A stretch of 32,000 nucleotides of DNA from Blochmannia endosymbiont of Camponotus modoc (lineage in GTDB: Bacteria > Pseudomonadota > Gammaproteobacteria > Enterobacterales > Enterobacteriaceae): positions 660,001 through 692,000 of the forward strand of contig NZ_CP097765.1 in NCBI RefSeq assembly GCF_023585785.1, given 5' to 3'. A program made the translations under genes and the position numbers. The notes under the pieces were generated by a model. It saw only the letters and a list, made by a program, of their open reading frames with translations, was not told the origin of the DNA and did no database searches. Shown here one piece after another: positions 22,788 through 32,000 of the stretch. The first letter of the stretch is position 1, and every line of letters starts with the position of its first letter.

Positions 22788-25700
22788 GTGAAAGATTTAC
22801 TTAGATTTTTTAAGATACAACATACTCAAGTAGAAGAATTTAATGCAATTAAAATTGCACTTGCTTCTCCAGATATGATTAGATCCTGGTCTTTTGGTGA
22901 AGTAAAAAAACCAGAGACTATTAATTACCGTACTTTTAAACCTGAACGAGATGGTTTATTTTGTGCACGCATTTTTGGGCCTATTAAAGATTATGAGTGC
23001 TTATGCGGTAAATATAAGCGTCTAAAACATCGTGGGGTAGTTTGCGAAAAATGTGGAGTAGAAGTAACACAAAGCAAAGTACGACGTGAACGTATGGGAC
23101 ATATCGAATTGGCTTCTCCTACTGCTCATATTTGGTTTTTAAAATCATTACCCTCACGTATTGGTTTGTTGTTAGATATGCCATTACGTGATATAGAACG
23201 CGTTTTATATTTCGAATCCTATGTGGTAGTTGAAAGCGGCATGACTAGTCTCGAATGTCGTCAGGTCTTAACTGAAGAGGAATATTTAGATGCATTAGAA
23301 GAGTTTGGAGATGAATTTGAAGCTAAAATGGGAGCTGAAGCTATTCAAATTTTATTAAGAAATACAAATTTAAAAAATGAATGTGAATACTTACGAGAAA
23401 TATTAGAAGATAGTAATTCTGAAACTAAACGTAAAAAAATAACAAAACGTATAAAATTAATTGAAGCATTTATATATTCTGAAAATAAACCTGAATGGAT
23501 GGTTTTAAATGTATTACCAGTATTACCTCCGGATTTAAGACCATTGGTTCCATTAGATGGGGGACGTTTTGCTACTTCTGATTTAAATGATTTATACCGT
23601 CGTGTTATTAATAGAAATAATAGATTAAAGCGATTATTAGATTTAGCTGCTCCAGAAATCATAGTACGTAATGAAAAAAGAATGTTACAAGAAGCAGTAG
23701 ATGCATTGCTGGATAACGGACGTAGAGGGCGTGCTATTACTGGTTCTAACAAACGTCCTTTGAAATCTTTAGCTGACATGATTAAAGGTAAACAAGGTAG
23801 ATTTCGTCAGAATCTTTTAGGGAAACGTGTTGATTATTCTGGTCGTTCAGTAATCACTGTTGGACCCTATCTAAAATTACATCAGTGTGGATTACCAAAA
23901 AAAATGGCTTTAGAATTATTTAAACCATTTATTTATGGAAAATTAGAATTACAAGGTTTTGCTAGTACTATTAAAGCGGCTAAAAAAATGGTAGATCGAG
24001 AAGAAGCTGTAGTATGGGATATTCTCGATAACGTAATTCGAGAACATCCAGTAATGTTAAACCGTGCTCCTACATTACATAGGTTAGGAATTCAAGCTTT
24101 TGAACCAGTATTAATAGAAGGAAAAGCTATTCAATTACATCCATTAGTCTGTGCTGCCTATAACGCGGATTTTGACGGTGATCAAATGGCAGTACACGTT
24201 CCATTAACACTAGAAGCTCAATTAGAAGCTAGAGCTTTAATGATGTCTACTAATAATATTTTATCTCCTGCTAATGGGGAACCTATTATTGTTCCATCAC
24301 AGGACGTAGTATTAGGTTTGTATTATATGACTCGCGAACGTTCAAATGCTAAAGGTGAAGGAATGGTATTAACTGGCCCAAAAGAAGCAGAATGTCTTTA
24401 TCGTTTAGGTTTGGCCGATCTACATGCTCGTATTAAGATACGTATTACCGAGCATGAATATGATAAAAATGGAGAATGGTCAAAAAAAACAAATCTTGTC
24501 AATAGCACAATAGGTCGTTCTATATTGTGGATGATTGTTCCTAAGGGATTACCATTTATATTAGTCAATCAAGTATTAGGAAAGAAAGCTATATCCACAA
24601 TGTTAAATAATTGTTATCGCTTGCTAGGTCTGAAAGCTACTGTTATCTTAGCCGATCAAATTATGTATACTGGGTTTGCATATGCTGCTCGTTCTGGAGC
24701 TTCTGTCGGTATTGATGATATGATGATTCCTTCGAAAAAAGCGGATATAATCGATGAAGCAGAATCTGAAGTGGTAGAAATACAAGAACAATTTCAAACT
24801 GGATTGGTGACAGCAGGAGAACGTTATAACAAGGTCATTGATATTTGGGCTGCGGCTAATGAACGTGTCGCACAAGCAATGATGGATAATTTAGCTACTG
24901 AGACTGTGATGAATCGTAATGGACAACTAGAAACTCAAGCTTCATTTAATAATATTTTTATGATGGCAGATTCTGGGGCTCGCGGATCAGCGGCACAAAT
25001 TCGCCAACTTGCTGGAATGCGTGGTTTAATGGCAAAACCGGATGGATCAATTATTGAAACACCTATCACTGCAAATTTTCGGGAAGGATTAAATGTATTA
25101 CAGTATTTTATTTCTACACATGGAGCTCGTAAAGGATTAGCTGATACTGCTTTAAAAACAGCTAATTCTGGTTATTTAACTCGTCGTTTAGTAGATGTTG
25201 CACAAGACTTAGTAATAACTCAAGACGATTGCAATACATTTTCTGGTATCGTAATGAGCCCTGTTATTGAAGGAGGAGATATAAAAGAACCGCTACGAGA
25301 ACGTGTATTAGGTCGAGTTTTAGCAGAAGATGTTCTAGAATCCAATGTGGATGCAGATGATAAAGTATTGATTGTACGTAATACTTTATTAGACGAATAT
25401 TGGTGTGATATTTTAGATGAACATTCCATTGATACTGTCAAAGTGCGATCTGTTGTGACTTGTGATACTGATTTTGGAGTTTGTTCAAAATGTTATGGTC
25501 GAGATTTAGCTCGTGGTCAAATTGTAAATAAAGGAGAAGCAATTGGCGTCATTGCTGCTCAATCTATCGGTGAGCCAGGCACTCAGTTAACTATGCGTAC
25601 CTTTCATATTGGGGGAGCTGCCTCTCGATCTGCTTTAGAGTCGAGCATTCAAATTAAAAACACAGGTACTGTCCGTTTAAAAAATATCAAATCCGTAATA

Positions 25701-27038
25701 AATGGAGAAGGAAAATTAGTGGTCATATCACGTAACACCGAGCTTAAAATTATTGATCAATTTTCTCGTACCAAAGAGAGCTATAAAGTACCGTATGGAT
25801 CTATAATAACTAAAAAAAATGAAGAAAAAGTCATACATGGAGAAATAGTAGCTTATTGGGATCCGCATACTATGCCGGTGATTGCTGAAGTAAGTGGATT
25901 TATCCAATTTATTGATTTGATAGATGGTCAGAGTATTGTTAAACAAACGGATGAATTAACAGGATTAACCTCCATTGTAGTATTAGATACCTCTGAACGT
26001 GTGAGTAGCGCTAAAGATTTAAGACCTACATTAAAAATAGTAGATATTAATGGTTATGATATCTTTATTCCAGGTACAGATGTACCTGTTCAATATTTTT
26101 TACCCGGTAGAAGTGTAATTCAATTAGTTGATGGATCCAGAATTATTTGTGGAGATATATTAGCAAGATTACCGTATGAGAGCAGTGGTACCAAAGATAT
26201 TACCGGAGGATTACCACGTGTTGCCGATCTCTTTGAAGCACGTCGTCCAAAAGAATCGGCAATTTTAGCAGAAATTAGCGGGACCATTTCTTTTGGAAAA
26301 GAAACCAAAGGAAAACGTCGTTTAATGATATCTCCTATTGAAGACGGTGATGTGTATGAAGAAATGATTCCCAAATGGCGTCATCTTAATGTTTTTGAAG
26401 GTGAATATGTAGATCGTGGAGATATCATTTCTGATGGACCGGAATCTCCACACGATATTCTGAGATTACGTGGAGTCCACGCCGTAACTCGTTATATTGT
26501 AAATGAAGTGCAAGATGTTTATCGATTACAAGGAGTAAAGATCAACGATAAACATATAGAAGTTATTGTGCGTCAGATGTTGCGTAAAGCCACTGTGATT
26601 CGATCAGGCAGTTCTGATTTTTTAGTAGGTGAACAGGTAGAATATTCACGTATTAAAATTGCTAATCGAAAATTAGAAAATGAAGGAAAAGTAAAAATAA
26701 GCTTTATACGTAATTTATTAGGCATAACCAAAGCTTCATTAGCGACAGAATCATTTATTTCTGCAGCATCTTTTCAAGAAACAACACGTGTACTGACAGA
26801 ATCATCAGTAGCTGGAAAGCGAGATGAACTACGTGGTCTTAAAGAGAACGTTATTGTTGGTAGATTGATCCCGGCTGGAACGGGCTACTCTTATCATCAG
26901 GAGCGTGTACATCATCGTTATTCCAGTAATAAAAAAGAAACAGAAAAATCTGTAATAACAAATATTTCTTCCCAAATTACAGCAGATGAAGCATCGGCGA
27001 ATTTAACTGAACTATTAAATGCAACTTCTCCTAAATAA
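22788..27038 (+). CDS. rpoC: DNA-directed RNA polymerase subunit beta'
   Basis: GTG 22788, with AAGG 7 nt upstream, gives [49 protein letters not shown]. This is the same register as E. coli RpoC, which also starts with GTG-AAA-GAT. The NADFDGDQM active-site motif is present. The ORF-track start at 22749 adds 13 non-homologous residues. Confidence 0.98.
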   Translation: MKDLLRFFKIQHTQVEEFNAIKIALASPDMIRSWSFGEVKKPETINYRTFKPERDGLFCARIFGPIKDYECLCGKYKRLKHRGVVCEKCGVEVTQSKVRRERMGHIELASPTAHIWFLKSLPSRIGLLLDMPLRDIERVLYFESYVVVESGMTSLECRQVLTEEEYLDALEEFGDEFEAKMGAEAIQILLRNTNLKNECEYLREILEDSNSETKRKKITKRIKLIEAFIYSENKPEWMVLNVLPVLPPDLRPLVPLDGGRFATSDLNDLYRRVINRNNRLKRLLDLAAPEIIVRNEKRMLQEAVDALLDNGRRGRAITGSNKRPLKSLADMIKGKQGRFRQNLLGKRVDYSGRSVITVGPYLKLHQCGLPKKMALELFKPFIYGKLELQGFASTIKAAKKMVDREEAVVWDILDNVIREHPVMLNRAPTLHRLGIQAFEPVLIEGKAIQLHPLVCAAYNADFDGDQMAVHVPLTLEAQLEARALMMSTNNILSPANGEPIIVPSQDVVLGLYYMTRERSNAKGEGMVLTGPKEAECLYRLGLADLHARIKIRITEHEYDKNGEWSKKTNLVNSTIGRSILWMIVPKGLPFILVNQVLGKKAISTMLNNCYRLLGLKATVILADQIMYTGFAYAARSGASVGIDDMMIPSKKADIIDEAESEVVEIQEQFQTGLVTAGERYNKVIDIWAAANERVAQAMMDNLATETVMNRNGQLETQASFNNIFMMADSGARGSAAQIRQLAGMRGLMAKPDGSIIETPITANFREGLNVLQYFISTHGARKGLADTALKTANSGYLTRRLVDVAQDLVITQDDCNTFSGIVMSPVIEGGDIKEPLRERVLGRVLAEDVLESNVDADDKVLIVRNTLLDEYWCDILDEHSIDTVKVRSVVTCDTDFGVCSKCYGRDLARGQIVNKGEAIGVIAAQSIGEPGTQLTMRTFHIGGAASRSALESSIQIKNTGTVRLKNIKSVINGEGKLVVISRNTELKIIDQFSRTKESYKVPYGSIITKKNEEKVIHGEIVAYWDPHTMPVIAEVSGFIQFIDLIDGQSIVKQTDELTGLTSIVVLDTSERVSSAKDLRPTLKIVDINGYDIFIPGTDVPVQYFLPGRSVIQLVDGSRIICGDILARLPYESSGTKDITGGLPRVADLFEARRPKESAILAEISGTISFGKETKGKRRLMISPIEDGDVYEEMIPKWRHLNVFEGEYVDRGDIISDGPESPHDILRLRGVHAVTRYIVNEVQDVYRLQGVKINDKHIEVIVRQMLRKATVIRSGSSDFLVGEQVEYSRIKIANRKLENEGKVKISFIRNLLGITKASLATESFISAASFQETTRVLTESSVAGKRDELRGLKENVIVGRLIPAGTGYSYHQERVHHRYSSNKKETEKSVITNISSQITADEASANLTELLNATSPK

Positions 27039-27579
27039 ATAGGATTTCAAAAATATGATAAATAACAAACAAGAGTAAGAGCTATATTGTCAAATCACGT
27101 TATAGGCATAAATAATAATATTATTTGAGTTGATATTATTTAATTTAATACTGTAATTTTTGCACATATAGTTTGATATGTTTATCAACTAAATATGGGT
27201 GTACAATTTTTATTGTTTTAACGATAACCTGTTTGTTCGATGTAAAATTAACAATTGACGATTATACTGCCACATAATTTTGTTTATAAAATAAGCTATA
27301 TATTAAAATATAAACGCTTATTTATAATTTTTTTATAAACAACCTAATAAAATCAACAATGTTGATAACACATTTTACATTTTTTATATAAAAAGTTAGC
27401 CCCTTCTCTAATTTTTATAGATAAAATGAATTCTATTCAACATGTCTTTAAGAAAATTAAAGTATACAATTTTTAAATGGTAAAAATCTATTATTTTGAT
27501 ACATAATCACTTTTTTATCAAAAAAAATGTCTAAGATTCTCGTATGTACTCAAGAGAAATACAATAATTTTTTAAACAA

Positions 27580-29208
27580 TTAATGCCTAAAATGACGAAT
27601 ATGTGTAAAAATCATAGCAATACCATACCGATCAGCAGTTTTAATAATTTCTTGGTCTCGAATAGATCCTCCTGGTTGGATAATACATTTGATACCTATT
27701 TCGGACGCAATATGCACCACGTCAGAAAAAGGAAAAAAAGCATCAGAAGCCATCACTGACCCTTTAGTATTCAATGCACCCTTCCGTTCTTGGAAGGAAG
27801 TAGCTATTTTTGCCGCATACACTCGATTCATTTGGCCGGTTCCAATTCCGATAGTTTGACAATTTTTACCACAAACAATGGCATTAGATTTGACAAATTT
27901 AACTACTTTCCAACAGAATAACGCATCTTTCATTTCTTCTTTTGTTGGTTGCCGAATAGTAACTATCTCTAAATGCTCTAAATTTGTCATTACATCATAA
28001 TCTTGTATTAATAATCCTCCGTTAATTCGTTTGAAATCTATATCTGATGTTCGTGGAGTCCACATGCCACACCTCAATATTCGTACATGTTTTTTATTAG
28101 ATACAATACTAATACAATCTCGATTAATATTTGGAGCGACGATTGCTTCGACAAATTGTTGACTAATAATAGATTGAGCCGTTTTTTTATCTAAAGATCT
28201 ATTAAAAGCAATAATTCCTCCGAACGCAGAAATGGGATCTGCTTGATAAGCTTTAGCATACGCAGTGAAAATAGTATCAGATGTCGCTACACCACATGGA
28301 TTAGTATGTTTAACAATCACACAAGTTGGTTCATTGAACATTTTCGCGCATTCTAACGCCGTATCCATGTCTACTATATTATTGTAAGATAATGGTTTTC
28401 CTTGTAATTGCTGAGCATCAGAAATGGATCCTGTGTGTTTCTTAGATATATCCATATAAAATGCTGCGCGTTGATGTGGATTTTCTCCGTAACGCATATC
28501 TTGTTTTTTTATAAATTTAAGATTCATAAAAGTTAAATTTTTAGGAAAATAAGAATAGGATTGATCGTAATGATGATCATTAGTCATAGATGTATGATGG
28601 TGGCTTCGTAATTGATGATTAAAATAATCAGAAATTGTATTATCATATTCAGTAACATATTTAAATGCTTTTACCGCCAAATGAAAACGAGTGTCTAAAC
28701 TGAGTAATCCATCACAACGATTGATTTCATCTAAAATTTTTTTATAACTATCGTTATTGACTACAATAGCTACGTTTTTATAATTTTTTGCTGCTGCCCT
28801 CACCATACTTGGGCCACTGATATCAATACGATCTAACATTTCTTCTTGAGAATATTTTTTATTTTTTGCAAGCAAGGAATTAAATGAATAAAAATTAACT
28901 ACTACCATATCAATTGGTGGAATATTATATTGACGCATGATAGCATCATCTAATCCTCGTCTACCAAGAATTCCGGCATATACTTTATAGTGTAATGTTT
29001 TAACGCGTCCGTCCATAATTTCAGGTAATTTAGTATAGTCAGAAATTTTGATTACTGGCAATCCAGCATCAGATAATATTTGAGCCGTACCTCCAGTAGA
29101 TAATAATTGAATACCCCGTTGAATTAATGACTGAGCAAATTCTAAAATATTGGATTTATCAAATACACTAATTAATACACGACGAATTAACAATGATGAT
29201 TGTATCAT
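27580..29208 (-). CDS. purH: bifunctional AICAR transformylase / IMP cyclohydrolase
   Basis: The 542-aa ORF contains LSTGGTAQIL, GRVKTLH, MRYGENPHQ, NPCG and FGGIIAFNR, and ends in ..GIAMIFTHIRHFRH. It is colinear with E. coli PurH (529 aa). Confidence 0.96.
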   Translation of the reverse strand: MIQSSLLIRRVLISVFDKSNILEFAQSLIQRGIQLLSTGGTAQILSDAGLPVIKISDYTKLPEIMDGRVKTLHYKVYAGILGRRGLDDAIMRQYNIPPIDMVVVNFYSFNSLLAKNKKYSQEEMLDRIDISGPSMVRAAAKNYKNVAIVVNNDSYKKILDEINRCDGLLSLDTRFHLAVKAFKYVTEYDNTISDYFNHQLRSHHHTSMTNDHHYDQSYSYFPKNLTFMNLKFIKKQDMRYGENPHQRAAFYMDISKKHTGSISDAQQLQGKPLSYNNIVDMDTALECAKMFNEPTCVIVKHTNPCGVATSDTIFTAYAKAYQADPISAFGGIIAFNRSLDKKTAQSIISQQFVEAIVAPNINRDCISIVSNKKHVRILRCGMWTPRTSDIDFKRINGGLLIQDYDVMTNLEHLEIVTIRQPTKEEMKDALFCWKVVKFVKSNAIVCGKNCQTIGIGTGQMNRVYAAKIATSFQERKGALNTKGSVMASDAFFPFSDVVHIASEIGIKCIIQPGGSIRDQEIIKTADRYGIAMIFTHIRHFRH

Positions 29209-29404
29209 AATATCCTCGCAACAATAATCAAACTACGGTATCAATGTATCTTAATAAATATTACACAATAGTAACATAATTATAGTATTATTATATATTA
29301 TTGTCTAAGACACAAAATAATTTAAATAATTTTTATAATCATAAAAATGTAGTTTAAATATTTTAAATAAAAACTATCAAATTATAAAATAGTATTAAAT
29401 ACTA

Positions 29405-29431
29405 TTGACATCGGTTAAAATCAATGATAAT
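29405..29431 (+). promoter_or_regulatory. candidate rrn promoter: TTGACA-N15-GATAAT with an A/T-rich upstream (UP-like) tract
   Basis: A perfect TTGACA at 29405-29410 and GATAAT at 29426-29431. It lies about 230 nt upstream of the mature 16S 5' end and upstream of boxA. The 15-nt spacer is suboptimal and the transcription start is unverified. Confidence 0.35.
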
Positions 29432-29485
29432 GATGTATTTGTTTTATTTTTAAAATAGTACGAAATATATATGATTAGAAATATA

Positions 29486-29497
29486 GTTCTTTAACAA
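29486..29497 (+). promoter_or_regulatory. rrn leader boxA antitermination element
   Basis: GTTCTTTAACAA matches the E. coli rrn boxA GCTCTTTAACAA at 11 of 12 positions. It sits between the candidate promoter and the 16S processing stem, as in E. coli. Confidence 0.7.
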
Positions 29498-29504
29498 TCT
29501 GATT

Positions 29505-29523
29505 TTAGATAATTGATGTGGGC
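29505..29523 (+). other. 5' half of the 16S precursor processing helix (RNase III stem)
   Basis: TTAGATAATTGATGTGGGC is the perfect 19-nt reverse complement of 31232-31250, and 3 more pairs follow after one mismatch. It ends 114 nt before the mature 16S 5' end. The E. coli 17S precursor carries 115 extra 5' nt. Confidence 0.8.
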
Positions 29524-29637
29524 ACTTGAGCAAATATGAGATATAGTATTATCCGTTTTAAAACATAGAAAAGCTAATTAATTAATATTTACTGATTAAA
29601 ATTAACGAACTTGTTTTATAAATGGAAATTAATTTTT

Positions 29638-31204
<1,567 letters not shown>

Positions 31205-31231
31205 CTTTATCAAAATAATATGAGCAAAAGC

Positions 31232-31250
31232 GCCCACATCAATTATCTAA
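31232..31250 (+). other. 3' half of the 16S precursor processing helix (RNase III stem)
   Basis: GCCCACATCAATTATCTAA is the perfect complement of 29505-29523 and begins 28 nt after the 16S 3' end. The E. coli precursor carries 33 extra 3' nt. Confidence 0.8.
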
Positions 31251-31320
31251 CATTATTTTATGATAATTGAAATATTTATAAAATTCCAAGATTAATTTTT
31301 TGTGTTGTTACTAGAACTCA

Positions 31321-31393
31321 GTCCCCTTCGTCTAGAGGTCTAGGACACTGCCCTTTCACGGCGGCAACAGGGGTTCGAAGCCCCTAGGGGACA
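31321..31393 (+). tRNA. gltT-like: tRNA-Glu, anticodon UUC, with no encoded 3' CCA
   Basis: GTCCCCTTCGTCTAGAGGTCTAGGACACTGCCCTTTCACGGCGGCAACAGGGGTTCGAAGCCCCTAGGGGACA is 73 nt and near-identical to E. coli tRNA-Glu. It folds as a cloverleaf with acceptor GTCCCCT/AGGGGAC and anticodon loop CTTTCAC. It is followed by TAG rather than CCA. It sits in the 16S-23S spacer, as in the E. coli rrnB/C/E/G type. Confidence 0.97.
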
Positions 31394-31402
31394 TAGGGGA
31401 CA
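31385..31402. repeat. perfect 9-nt tandem duplication (TAGGGGACA x2) of the tRNA-Glu 3' acceptor arm
   Basis: Read directly from the sequence: 31385-31393 TAGGGGACA is immediately repeated at 31394-31402. Confidence 0.95.
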
Positions 31403-31457
31403 TTATAGGTTTTCATAATAAGTGAGGGTTTTTATAAATAAAAAATTTAGTATTTTT

Positions 31458-31469
31458 GTTCTTTAACAA
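31458..31469 (+). promoter_or_regulatory. spacer boxA antitermination element
   Basis: GTTCTTTAACAA is identical to the leader copy; the 13-mer GTTCTTTAACAAT is shared. It lies between tRNA-Glu and 23S, as does the second boxA of E. coli rrn operons. Confidence 0.65.
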
Positions 31470-31720
31470 TAAGGGAAAAGCTTAAAATTAAAAAATATTA
31501 GTATAAATAATAATTACTATTTCCGATTATTTATAAATGTAGGTTACATTATTTTTTTATTTATTTAAAAGTCGGATGCGATAGTAATTGCTGTAATTAT
31601 TGCATTACAAAGCGATATATATATATTGTACTAATTAAACTCTAAAAGTATAATTAAAGTATTTATATATCAAGTATGTTTAGTGTCTTAATAAGATTTA
31701 TAGAAATTTCAGGATTGCGA

Positions 31721-32000
31721 AGTTAAGTAATTTAAGCGTACACGGTGGATGCCTTGGCAGTCAAAGGCGATGAAGGACGTGCTGATCTGCGAAAAGCATC
31801 GGTAAGCTGATTTGAAGCGTTTTAACCGGTGATTTCCGAATGGGGAAACCCAATGCAATTTAAATTGTGCATTATTATTCAGTAAATTCATAGCTGAATA
31901 AGGCAAACCAGAGGAACTGAAACATCTTAGTACTCTGAGGAATAGAAATCAATTTGAGATTCCCTTAGTAGTGGCGAGCGAACGGGGAGCAGCCCAGAGT
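31721..32000 (+). rRNA. rrl: 23S ribosomal RNA, 5' end (continues beyond the window)
   Basis: AGTTAAGTAATTTAAGCGTACACGGTGGATGCCTTGGCAGTCAAAGGCGATGAAGGACGTGC...GGAACTGAAACATCT..AGTAGTGGCGAGCGAACGGGGAGCAGCCCAGAG aligns with the first roughly 280 nt of E. coli 23S. The start is accurate to within a few nt. Confidence 0.97.

Noticed and set aside
27352-27366. The perfect palindrome ATCAACA-A-TGTTGAT lies in the rpoC/purH convergent gap and looks like an operator.
   Set aside because: It is a 7-bp-arm palindrome in a 541-nt AT-rich gap between two gene ends, with no promoter to regulate. It is plausible by chance, and I noticed no second copy.

Overview
This is a strongly AT-biased chromosome segment of the type seen in genome-reduced, Enterobacterales-derived insect endosymbionts. 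The proteins are close E. coli orthologues. The 16S gene carries AT-only helix insertions that I associate, from memory, with carpenter-ant symbionts (Blochmannia-like). The taxon cannot be confirmed without a database search.

The content is entirely housekeeping. In order: a truncated yhgN, asd, nfuA, aroK-aroB, rpe, trpS and pabA. Then comes an unbroken same-strand run rpsL-rpsG-fusA-tuf-secE-nusG-rplK-rplA-rplJ-rplL-rpoB-rpoC. This is followed by a convergent purH and the 5' part of an rrn operon (16S, tRNA-Glu(UUC), first 280 nt of 23S). Gene order is colinear with three separate E. coli K-12 map regions (asd...rpsL-tufA; tufB/secE...rpoC; purH-rrnE), stitched together by deletions and by what looks like a tuf-mediated inversion.

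I found no mobile element, CRISPR array, toxin or defence cassette, or any other candidate for a novel multi-gene system. Every ORF of 60 aa or more outside the listed genes is antisense to a conserved gene, lies inside rRNA, or is low-complexity.

The items worth a second look are evolutionary or structural:
- the str / secE-rpoC super-cluster joined through a single tuf
- two gene-free spacers of about 1.5 kb each (2173-3658 and 8647-10324), one with a thrice-repeated 9-mer and related hairpins, the other with a 24-codon hydrophobic ORF preceded by a Shine-Dalgarno (SD) sequence
- an orphan, sequence-relaxed purH with no purD downstream
- an rrn leader with E. coli-like architecture (boxA twice, 19-bp processing stem)
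- AT-only expansion segments in 16S
- a CCA-less tRNA-Glu whose 3' acceptor arm is tandemly duplicated
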